Below are positions 26,308-33,832 of a DNA stretch of 53,810 nt, in pieces. Numbering within the stretch: the stretch's first letter is position 1; every line of letters begins with the position of its first letter. The translations under genes were made by a program, and so were the position numbers. This stretch comes from a virus. Taxonomy: Duplodnaviria; Caudoviricetes. Location of the stretch: positions 1-53,810 of IMG/VR virus record IMGVR_UViG_3300030099_000437; one strand, 5' to 3'. Below the pieces are notes generated by a model. It did no database searches. It saw only the letters and a list, made by a program, of their open reading frames with translations, and was not told the DNA's origin.

Positions 26308-26931
26308 ATGATAGATAATATTATAGGTACATACTACCTATCTAAATCTGGGGAAAAGCTACATGGGTTTGCATGGTATCTTGACGCATACAAATCTTGT
26401 GTCGTTATCTCCAAGAGGTTTGGTGTACCATTAAAGGTGGTGGTGGGTGTATGCTCCGCACTATCTCCGAATAATAAATGGCATAAGAATATTATTGACA
26501 CTGAGAATATGGTGCTTGCCTATAAATCAGGCATACCATTGGATGAGGTCAAGGTGTCAACGTATAGCAATAATAAAGCAAAAGCTATTGAGATGCTTAT
26601 GCTACCCAAAGCTACTAAGCAAGACATAAGGGATATACTGTTTGGTAAATCTGGGCATAAGACTAGGGCATTTTTTGACTGCATATATGGGTGTAAGACG
26701 AACAAGGATACAGTATGTGTAGACGGACACGCTAAGTCTATCTATATGGGTGAAAAATTTGCCCTGAGTAGTAACAAAAGCAATATGACACCCAAACAAT
26801 ACTTGACCATATCACAAGCCTATATTGATGCGTGTGATGAGATAAACAAGCGAGAGGGTACAAGCTACCTACCCTATCAAATACAAGCTATAACATGGGT
26901 AGCTTGGAGGAGAATACATGGCATCACATAA
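26308..26931 (+). CDS. HhH DNA-glycosylase-like early protein (DUF7178-like)
   Basis: WY...SALSP..W..N, G.K..AF, VCVDGHA, Y...A, QAITW motif series. Confidence 0.6.
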   Translation: MIDNIIGTYYLSKSGEKLHGFAWYLDAYKSCVVISKRFGVPLKVVVGVCSALSPNNKWHKNIIDTENMVLAYKSGIPLDEVKVSTYSNNKAKAIEMLMLPKATKQDIRDILFGKSGHKTRAFFDCIYGCKTNKDTVCVDGHAKSIYMGEKFALSSNKSNMTPKQYLTISQAYIDACDEINKREGTSYLPYQIQAITWVAWRRIHGIT

Positions 26932-27184
26932 TAGAGAAATTAGAAATAGGATTAGGCTATCATTGGCAAGCTATGCCTACGAATACCATGATGATAGCCT
27001 GATGACTGACGCAGAATTTGACAAGCTATCAAGAGAGATAGACCCTAACGAAAAGACAGGCAATGAGTTGATAGATAGATTTTTTCGTGAAGAGTTTATG
27101 CCTGACTCTGGAATGTGGATTAGGAAACACCCTGAGTTGTGGAAGTTGGAGCATATTTATAAAACATTGAGAGGTAAAAAATGA
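26918..27184 (+). CDS. Stand-alone NAD-ligase domain Ia-like protein
   Basis: SYAYEYHDDSLMTDAEFDKLSREI resembles LigA Ia motif YY..D.P..SDAEYD.L..EL. Confidence 0.7.
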   Translation: MASHNREIRNRIRLSLASYAYEYHDDSLMTDAEFDKLSREIDPNEKTGNELIDRFFREEFMPDSGMWIRKHPELWKLEHIYKTLRGKK

Positions 27185-27495
27185 AAGATTGTTTAGTAAC
27201 AAATTACTTGCGGAGAACCCACCATAATGACGAGAATGGTGAGCAAAGATTGTTCAAGTTTAAGAATGGCTATGGTGCGAGTGTGGTGAGACATAAGCAT
27301 AGCTATGGGGGCAGTAAAGGATTATGGGAGCTTGCCGTATTGAAAGACATGGGCAGAAATACGCAGATGTACGATGATGTGGAATGGCTACAAACCTATG
27401 ATATATGCTACACTACACCCATAACGAATGATGTGGTGGGTTGGCTAAAGAATAGCGAGGTATTAGATACATTAGTAAAGATAGGAGAGTTGTAG
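27181..27495 (+). CDS. Conserved phage early hypothetical protein
   Basis: FKNGYGASVV...SYGG..GLWELAVL...TPITNDVVGWL. Confidence 0.7.
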   Translation: MKDCLVTNYLRRTHHNDENGEQRLFKFKNGYGASVVRHKHSYGGSKGLWELAVLKDMGRNTQMYDDVEWLQTYDICYTTPITNDVVGWLKNSEVLDTLVKIGEL

Positions 27496-27496
27496 A

Positions 27497-27604
27497 ATGG
27501 ATACTGCACTAATAGTATTTTTAATAATAATGACACCAATAGGCTTGACAGGTTTTGGTCTGTTGTGTTACAACTATTACAGATTAATAAAAGAAGGAAT
27601 ATAA
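27497..27604 (+). CDS. 35-aa membrane peptide
   Basis: Not in track; MDTALIVFLIIMTPIGLTGFGLLCYNYYRLIKEGI, GGAG RBS. Confidence 0.5.
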   Translation: MDTALIVFLIIMTPIGLTGFGLLCYNYYRLIKEGI

Positions 27605-27606
27605 AT

Positions 27607-27816
27607 ATGACTAGTAAATTAGATTGGACAGTGCATGACATACACCTAGCCTTGTTGAAGGTGAAGGCTGATGGTGAGAAAGCACTAGAAGAATTAGATA
27701 AACCTGAGTTTGAGAATGAATCCTATATGAGAGGGCATTTTAGGGCTAGGGTAGGACTAGCAACTGACATCTTGAATATGTTGTATAAAGATGATTTAGT
27801 AATGAAGGAGGAGTAG
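27607..27816 (+). CDS. Hypothetical protein
   Basis: ATG at 27607 after AAGGA preferred over track start 27565. Confidence 0.6.
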   Translation: MTSKLDWTVHDIHLALLKVKADGEKALEELDKPEFENESYMRGHFRARVGLATDILNMLYKDDLVMKEE

Positions 27817-28152
27817 ATGAGAGCGATATTAATAGACCCAATAGAGCAGAAAGTATCAGAGATAGACTATGATGGGAATATAGAGAATATCTATGAGTTA
27901 CTGACCACAGATGGTTTCAAACCTAGGTTCTTTGATGTGGTGGCGATACCTTTTGGTAGTGATGGGATATACATAGATGATGAGGGCTTGTACGCACCGA
28001 TACAGTCTAGATGGAGCTTTAATTGGCACAGATGGAAAGAACCAATAAAGCTAGTGAACAGAGGACTAGTGATAGGGTGTGATGACGAGGGCAACAGTTG
28101 TGAGAGTACAAGTGGTGTCGAAATTATAAACCATATAAAATGGAGTTGGTAA
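27817..28152 (+). CDS. DUF3846-like protein
   Basis: MRAILIDP...IYIDDEGL...GLVIG.DDEG motif. Confidence 0.65.
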   Translation: MRAILIDPIEQKVSEIDYDGNIENIYELLTTDGFKPRFFDVVAIPFGSDGIYIDDEGLYAPIQSRWSFNWHRWKEPIKLVNRGLVIGCDDEGNSCESTSGVEIINHIKWSW

Positions 28153-28536
28153 ATGTTAAATAGAAAGACAGTAAAAGACTTGAGAGATAAGCTACAAGGC
28201 ATGATAGAGTTAGAGGGCTATGAAATACTTGTAGGCAACGCATCATTCAATGATGATGAGGTAACATTCAAGCTAAACATTAAGGTAAAGGGTGCTAAAT
28301 CTCAGGCTGAGAAAGACTTGGAGCAATGGGCAGAGATACATAACCTAGACATCACCAAGACTGCTAGGATAGATGGTAGAACTTTCATACTGTCAGGGTA
28401 CAGACGCAAGGCTAGAACAAAGCCATACCTGATAAAAGACATTGCGAGTGGCAACGAATACATAACTACACCAGATACAGTCAAGATGCACTTTAGCAAA
28501 GACAATGCCTTACATATAGGTCAGGAGGTGCATTGA
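28153..28536 (+). CDS. Hypothetical protein
   Basis: 127 aa, GGAG RBS, contiguous in early operon. Confidence 0.65.
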   Translation: MLNRKTVKDLRDKLQGMIELEGYEILVGNASFNDDEVTFKLNIKVKGAKSQAEKDLEQWAEIHNLDITKTARIDGRTFILSGYRRKARTKPYLIKDIASGNEYITTPDTVKMHFSKDNALHIGQEVH

Positions 28537-28760
28537 TGTATTATGTTATTGATGACTATGAGGGGGAGGGTTTCACCTTCTCCTCTAAGATAGAGTTCCG
28601 AAGATGGTTACTGAATGAGTATGATGAGGACAGACACCTTATACATACTACTGAGCAGGAACATCTTGAACACTTAGCAAAATATTATGTTGACAAAGGT
28701 TTTGATGACAGGTATGATGACATTAATAAAATAGGAGGGATATATGATGTTGATTACTAA
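28533..28760 (+). CDS. Hypothetical acidic protein
   Basis: 75 aa, AGGAGG RBS. Confidence 0.6.
   Translation: MMYYVIDDYEGEGFTFSSKIEFRRWLLNEYDEDRHLIHTTEQEHLEHLAKYYVDKGFDDRYDDINKIGGIYDVDY
28690..28718 (+). promoter_or_regulatory. Internal sigma70-type promoter
   Basis: TTGACA-N17-TATGAT upstream of 28744 gene. Confidence 0.6.
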
Positions 28761-28965
28761 GCAAAGTGTGATGACAGGTGAGAAGAATACAATGCTTTTA
28801 CCTGTCACGAATGAACAGATAGAGAGATGGCAGGATGGGGAGTTGATACAGAATGTATTCCCCCACCTTTCACCATCTGAAAGAGAGTTCCTTATCTCAG
28901 GAGTGACACCTGAGGAATGGGATGTAGTGAACGAAGATATGGAGGAGGTGTATGGAGATGACTAA
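28744..28965 (+). CDS. Conserved phage hypothetical protein
   Basis: LIQNVFPHLSPSEREFLISGVTPEEW motif. Confidence 0.7.
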   Translation: MMLITKQSVMTGEKNTMLLPVTNEQIERWQDGELIQNVFPHLSPSEREFLISGVTPEEWDVVNEDMEEVYGDD

Positions 28966-30124
28966 GATTGTAGCAAGTTTATGTGATGGTATGTCGTGTG
29001 GACATCTGGCACTCAACAAGTTGGGATACAAAGACTTATCCTTTCAGTTGGTGACACCAGAGGACAAGCTGATAGAGTACCACACCTTTGAGGTAGACAA
29101 GTATGCTGAAGCAGTCAGTAGGTATCGCTATCCCAATGCTATCCGACATGGTGACGCTAGAAATTGGACTAACCTGATTGGTAAAGATGTTTACTTACTG
29201 ATGGGTGGCTTTCCTTGCCAACCTTATTCGGTGGCAGGTAAAGGTAAGGCAGATGAGGATGAGCGTGACCTATCTCATCTTATTGTTGATGCACTACGAG
29301 GACTTAAGCCTAAGTATTTTCTCTTTGAGAATGTGATGATGAAACAGGAGCATCAGGACAGAATATCTGAAGACTTAGGTGTGCAACCTATAATGATAAA
29401 CAGTTCTGACTTCTCTGCACACAATCGCAAGAGATTGTATTGGACTAACATCCCTGTTGATGAGTGGGAGGACAAGGGCATTGTACTCAAGGACATAGTT
29501 GAAGATGGTATGGTAGACAGAGACAAAGCATACTGTGTAGATGCCAACTACTTCAAGGGTGGTAGCATGAAGATGTACTACGAGAAGTCCAGAAGACAGT
29601 TAGTGTTTGACACTAAGGGTTGTCATCAGGTTGGTGAAGCTGACCTCAAAGGGTATGACATTATCAAGCGAGTGTATGCCACATCAGGTAAGTCACCTGC
29701 CTTGACTACCATGCAGGGTGGACACAGAGAACCTAAGATAGTCTGTGGTTCTGTCATTAATAGAAGGATAAATCCTGACACAGGTAAGCGAGATGACTAC
29801 AACATGGACATACCTATGCAGCCTCGTATTGAAACGAGGGCAGATGAAAAGACAGGTACACTTACAACCCTGACTAAGGATAATGTGGTGGTCAACCATA
29901 ATGAGATGTATTGGAGAGCTTTAACTCCAAAAGAATGTGAGAGATTACAGACAGTACCAGACGGATACACTGAGTATGGAGTTTTTGTTAAAGACCCAAA
30001 CTATGAAGATGAATGGGATATAGTACACACGACAAAACCAATCAGTAATTCACAGAGATACAAGATGTTGGGCAATGGTTGGACTGTAGATGTAATAGCC
30101 CACATAATGAGAGGAATGGAATGA
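28952..30124 (+). CDS. DNA (cytosine-5) methyltransferase
   Basis: Motif IV GFPCQ, VI FENV, VIII RKR, IX ECERLQ, X LGNGW; atypical motif I LCDGMSCG. Confidence 0.9.
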   Translation: MEMTKIVASLCDGMSCGHLALNKLGYKDLSFQLVTPEDKLIEYHTFEVDKYAEAVSRYRYPNAIRHGDARNWTNLIGKDVYLLMGGFPCQPYSVAGKGKADEDERDLSHLIVDALRGLKPKYFLFENVMMKQEHQDRISEDLGVQPIMINSSDFSAHNRKRLYWTNIPVDEWEDKGIVLKDIVEDGMVDRDKAYCVDANYFKGGSMKMYYEKSRRQLVFDTKGCHQVGEADLKGYDIIKRVYATSGKSPALTTMQGGHREPKIVCGSVINRRINPDTGKRDDYNMDIPMQPRIETRADEKTGTLTTLTKDNVVVNHNEMYWRALTPKECERLQTVPDGYTEYGVFVKDPNYEDEWDIVHTTKPISNSQRYKMLGNGWTVDVIAHIMRGME

Positions 30125-30303
30125 ATGTAGAGTATGTAGACACAGAGACTGTCATGTGTGAAGATGACCACCCAAGAGTATACTATAGACTAAAAGATGG
30201 TGAAGCTATCTGTGGATACTGTAACAAAAAATTTATTTTTAAGGAGAAAGCTGATGGAAATAACAAAGGAACAGAGAAAAAGATTACTGAGTGGAACGAA
30301 TAA
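30121..30303 (+). CDS. zf-CHCC zinc-finger protein (NDUFS6-like), 60 aa
   Basis: C-x3-HPRVY...CGYC.K.F; ATG overlaps methylase stop, GAGGA RBS. Confidence 0.75.
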   Translation: MNVEYVDTETVMCEDDHPRVYYRLKDGEAICGYCNKKFIFKEKADGNNKGTEKKITEWNE

Positions 30304-30490
30304 CCTACAAGACTTAATTAACGATGCCAGAGATTTAGCAGACATACGATACAATACTCTGTGTGAATTAGAAAAACTACTCTATCTACTGGTAGACATT
30401 GGAGATTTTGGTAAACCTGAGGGTAACTGTTGGCAATGTGACTATGAACTAATAGAGGAGAAAGCTGATGAAGTACGCAGTGATGATTGA
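30254..30490 (+). CDS. Hypothetical protein
   Basis: ATG at 30254 after AGGAG. Confidence 0.6.
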   Translation: MEITKEQRKRLLSGTNNLQDLINDARDLADIRYNTLCELEKLLYLLVDIGDFGKPEGNCWQCDYELIEEKADEVRSDD

Positions 30491-30641
30491 ACCCTTTGAG
30501 GTCTTTGAGTATGTCAAGTATGGGCGTGATAATATGTGGACAGTAGACACACCTGTTAAAGTGTTTGACACAAAGGAAGAAGCACAAGAAGAAGCAGATA
30601 AATGGAACACAGGAGAAGTAGTAGAATGGACAATAGAGTAA
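30468..30641 (+). CDS. Hypothetical protein (57 aa)
   Basis: Not in track; MKYAVMIEP...VFDTKEEAQEEA..WNTG.VVE; AGGAG RBS. Confidence 0.65.
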   Translation: MKYAVMIEPFEVFEYVKYGRDNMWTVDTPVKVFDTKEEAQEEADKWNTGEVVEWTIE

Positions 30642-30769
30642 AACAAGACGCACAGGCACAGGCAGAGATAGCATACACAGGCTTCCTATCCTTCCTCAAA
30701 TGGATGTTAGTAGCCACATTGTTTATATTTGTATTGTTGGTGCGTTGTAATTTTGGAGTAGAAACATGA
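30626..30769 (+). CDS. 47-aa single-TM protein resembling aa3 cytochrome oxidase subunit IV
   Basis: Not in track; QAEIAYTGFLSFLKW followed by hydrophobic helix. Confidence 0.5.
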   Translation: MDNRVKQDAQAQAEIAYTGFLSFLKWMLVATLFIFVLLVRCNFGVET

Positions 30770-30870
30770 GTTATTGGAATAACAAAGACCCCAACGACTG
30801 GTATATGTTAGTTTTAGTTGTGTTTTTCATAGGGGTAATAATATGGATGCAGTATGGTAAACTTTTTTGA
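30766..30870 (+). CDS. 34-aa membrane peptide
   Basis: Not in track; ATGA overlap, GGAG RBS, MSYWNNKDPNDWYMLVLVVFFIGVIIWMQYGKLF. Confidence 0.5.
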   Translation: MSYWNNKDPNDWYMLVLVVFFIGVIIWMQYGKLF

Positions 30871-31048
30871 ACACATAAGAGAGTTAAGATTAAAACAAGA
30901 GCTACACTCTAAAGTTAAAGACCAGACTCTTAATAAAAATTATGATGCAGGTTTACCTAGATATACTCTAGTGTATAAAGACACGATATACTCTGGTCAC
31001 ACTGCTGAAGAAGTTGTTAAAAAAGCTTTAAAAGAAAACCTAAGCTAA
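30854..31048 (+). CDS. Hypothetical protein
   Basis: 64 aa contiguous ORF. Confidence 0.5.
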   Translation: MVNFFEHIRELRLKQELHSKVKDQTLNKNYDAGLPRYTLVYKDTIYSGHTAEEVVKKALKENLS

Positions 31049-31060
31049 GGGAGATGCTTA

Positions 31061-31489
31061 ATGACAAGACCATGCAAGGAAGATAGGAAGAAGTACGATA
31101 TTGATTTCGCAGGAGACTTAAAGTTTGGACTGGGTATGGAAGATGAAGTAGTCTCCATGTTCAAGGACAAGAAGATAGAAGTCAAGTCTGAGAAAGGAAT
31201 GTGGCAACGCACAGGGAACATAGCGATAGAGTTTGAAAGTTGGGGGCAGCCATCAGGTATTGATGCCACCGAGTCAGACTATTGGTTTCATAATCTTTGT
31301 ATTGATGGTGACATTTATGCAACACTTGTATTTAAAACAGACACACTAAGAAAACTTATTGACAGTCTGGACAAGAAGAAAGTTGTGAGTGGTGGAGACC
31401 ATAAAGCATCAAAGATGTACCTCGTCAACATCAAGAAGTTGTTCTCAACTGATGTGATAAAAGCATACAAAGGAGTTGAAGATGAGTAA
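31061..31489 (+). CDS. PD-(D/E)XK nuclease-like protein
   Basis: IEVKSE...TGNIAIE...PSGI..T.SDYW motif. Confidence 0.6.
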   Translation: MTRPCKEDRKKYDIDFAGDLKFGLGMEDEVVSMFKDKKIEVKSEKGMWQRTGNIAIEFESWGQPSGIDATESDYWFHNLCIDGDIYATLVFKTDTLRKLIDSLDKKKVVSGGDHKASKMYLVNIKKLFSTDVIKAYKGVEDE

Positions 31490-31661
31490 GGAAGTCTTTG
31501 TTTTAATGATGTTTTTTACATTTGATAATGTAGAGGACTGCGAGAAAATGAGAGAGCGTTTTAAAACTGACAACAAATGTGTTGACATGATTGACTACAC
31601 AGAGAAGTGGGAGTTACCTCTACCTGCACCACGACCAGAAGTTTTTGAAAATAGTTCTTGA
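31476..31661 (+). CDS. Hypothetical protein
   Basis: 61 aa, AGGAG RBS. Confidence 0.55.
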   Translation: MKMSKEVFVLMMFFTFDNVEDCEKMRERFKTDNKCVDMIDYTEKWELPLPAPRPEVFENSS

Positions 31662-31762
31662 CAGATTTTTATTTGTCAGTATAATATATACATAATGTAT
31701 AACATAAAGTACACTTTAACTCCTACTACTTAAAGTAAATAAAACTTTAAGTATACTTTAAG
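31658..31762 (+). repeat. Promoter plus AT-rich element, copy R (putative origin)
   Basis: TTGACA-N16-TATAAT with TGACA/TGTCA dyad, followed by blocks shared with 24741..24855. Confidence 0.65.
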
Positions 31763-31809
31763 TTTCTTTTAGGTATAACTATAGGTCTTTATACTTGAGA
31801 GGGGGAGTT

Positions 31810-31974
31810 ATGGAGGCAGAAGATGATGACCCATCTGATGATTGGTCTGAAAACATACTTGTCGTTATTGAAAAATTAGAAAAGAAAAAAGAGGAGAAAA
31901 AGAAAAAGAATGTCAATACCACCGATAATACCGAAGACCCACTGCGCTATGTGTGGCTACCTTTTAGACGATGA
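31810..31974 (+). CDS. Hypothetical charged protein (54 aa)
   Basis: Not in track; GAGGGGGAG RBS, MEAEDDDPSDDW... Confidence 0.5.
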   Translation: MEAEDDDPSDDWSENILVVIEKLEKKKEEKKKKNVNTTDNTEDPLRYVWLPFRR

Positions 31975-32266
31975 TTTAAATTGTCCAGAGTGTGAGGTGT
32001 GTAACCCTACAGATGAGGTCAACCACCCATCTCACTATACAACAGGTGGGATAGAGTGTATAGATGCTATGAAGGCTATGATGGAAGGTGCTAATGTACC
32101 CTCGTTCATTTCGTATGATTGGGGTGCAACATTCAAGTACATCTGGAGATGGCACTACAAAGGTAAACCTATCCAAGACTTAGAGAAAGCTAAGTGGTAC
32201 ATAGATAAGATGATTGAAACTCTGAAGGAGAAAGATGAAGTATACGACAAAAATAAAACAAACTGA
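31910..32266 (+). CDS. DUF3310 / T7 gp1.7-like nucleotide kinase with N-terminal zinc finger
   Basis: VNHPSHY..GGIECID, KYIWR, DLEKAKWY motifs; CxxC pairs. Confidence 0.8.
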   Translation: MSIPPIIPKTHCAMCGYLLDDDLNCPECEVCNPTDEVNHPSHYTTGGIECIDAMKAMMEGANVPSFISYDWGATFKYIWRWHYKGKPIQDLEKAKWYIDKMIETLKEKDEVYDKNKTN

Positions 32267-33317
32267 TGGTACTTATCACTATCGTTTCAGTCCACCGAAA
32301 GATGCAAGACTTTCTGGTGTATCTCAGAGCAAGACGTTCAGAGATGGTAGGACTGCACGATTTGAGATACCGAAGTTAATTAAGATTGTCGAGGACTTTC
32401 GTAAAGGTAAGATAGTGGCAGGGAACTTGAGCATCAACAGTACACTAAGGCAAGTTCTCTCCTACTACTACAATACAGGTCAATTCAAAGCCCTGTCAAC
32501 AAGAACACAGAAGACTTATACATATGGTCTTAATAAAATATGTGCCAGTAAGTTTTTCGCAAGAGAATTAGGTGACATCACACTAAGATACCTCACTGTT
32601 GCCCACTGCTCAGAGTTATACGAGTTGTGGGCGAGAGGTGGAGTAGATAATGCCAACCAACTGTCCAGAATATTCTCTGTCGTACTAAATTTCTGTGTAA
32701 ATCTTGAGTTGATTGACTCAAACCCAATGGCAAAGGTAAAAAAGAGGTCACATGAGCCTCGCTCTGTCACTTGGGCTAAGGAACAGGTAGAATTATTCGT
32801 AGAGACTGCATTTACACAGTTCAAGTGGAGAAATATAGGCTTACTCGCCCTACTCTGCTACGAATGGGGTCAAAGACCGATAGATATTAGGCTATTGAAG
32901 TGGAGTTCAGTAGATTTAGACAACAAAATGGTGACAATAAAGCAGACTAAGCGTGGTGCAACTGTCCAACTACCTCTAGAGGACAAGTTGTGGGAGTTAC
33001 TGACCCAACAGGAAGAGGATTGGGGGTGGCAGCCATACGTATTACCTCATCAGAAGCCGAATAATGGGGGCTACAGCCCGATTGGTGACATTCAGGTATC
33101 AACCCTTGCAAATGAGGTAAAGTCTGTGTGTGGGCTTCCTTCAGCCTTACAGATGGGAGACCTTAGAAAGACTGCGATAGTAGAACTTATCGAAAGTGGT
33201 GTAGACCAACTGGCAATCATGTCTGTAACAGGACATAGGAACGTACAAAGTTTGAACCCTTACAACAAACATAACTTTGCCACTGCAAAATCTGCACTAG
33301 AGATGAGGAGAAGGTAG
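32235..33317 (+). CDS. int: Tyrosine recombinase / integrase
   Basis: GQRPIDI (R), KQTKRG (K), DLRKT, TGH, C-terminal Y (LNPY). Confidence 0.85.
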   Translation: MKYTTKIKQTDGTYHYRFSPPKDARLSGVSQSKTFRDGRTARFEIPKLIKIVEDFRKGKIVAGNLSINSTLRQVLSYYYNTGQFKALSTRTQKTYTYGLNKICASKFFARELGDITLRYLTVAHCSELYELWARGGVDNANQLSRIFSVVLNFCVNLELIDSNPMAKVKKRSHEPRSVTWAKEQVELFVETAFTQFKWRNIGLLALLCYEWGQRPIDIRLLKWSSVDLDNKMVTIKQTKRGATVQLPLEDKLWELLTQQEEDWGWQPYVLPHQKPNNGGYSPIGDIQVSTLANEVKSVCGLPSALQMGDLRKTAIVELIESGVDQLAIMSVTGHRNVQSLNPYNKHNFATAKSALEMRRR

Positions 33318-33788
33318 ATGTATCTCTTAGAGGAACATAATAAAGAGGCTATGATAGAACATATTGTACCTCTTTCAAACTCAGAAGATTTTAATCTTGC
33401 GAGGACAGAGTGGAAACTTTATAAGATTGAACTGCATGACCACTGGTACAAATGCCCCTGTAACCACCCTATAAAAGAGTTGTGCCACATAAGAAATAGA
33501 TTAAATGGTAATGAAACTTACGTAGGCAACATCTGTATAAATAAGTTTATGGACATAAATACTAACAACATTATTAATGGTATTAAAAGAATTTCTCAGG
33601 ATATATATGCTAATGTTAACAAAGATTTAATAGAATATCTTAGAGACAACAAGCATCTATCACCAAATGAGTATAGGTTTTTATTACAGACAAAAAGAAA
33701 AAGAAAACTAAGTGCCAAACAATATGCTTGGAAGGGAATAATTAATAAGAAGATACTTTATCTCTCAGGTATCAAAGAAAGTTCTTGA
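33318..33788 (+). CDS. Hypothetical Cys/His-motif protein
   Basis: CPCNHPI...VGNICI; AT-richer than neighbours. Confidence 0.6.
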   Translation: MYLLEEHNKEAMIEHIVPLSNSEDFNLARTEWKLYKIELHDHWYKCPCNHPIKELCHIRNRLNGNETYVGNICINKFMDINTNNIINGIKRISQDIYANVNKDLIEYLRDNKHLSPNEYRFLLQTKRKRKLSAKQYAWKGIINKKILYLSGIKESS

Positions 33789-33812
33789 CTTATGTTTAAT
33801 AATACATATAAT
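33785..33812 (+). promoter_or_regulatory. Promoter of replication genes
   Basis: TTGACT-N16-TATAAT. Confidence 0.7.
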
Positions 33813-33832
33813 AGTAGAAGAAGGAGAAAAGT

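Noticed and set aside
31691-31712. dif-like CATAATGTATA
   Set aside because: Followed by a direct ACATAA repeat rather than the inverted XerD arm TTATGTTAAAT
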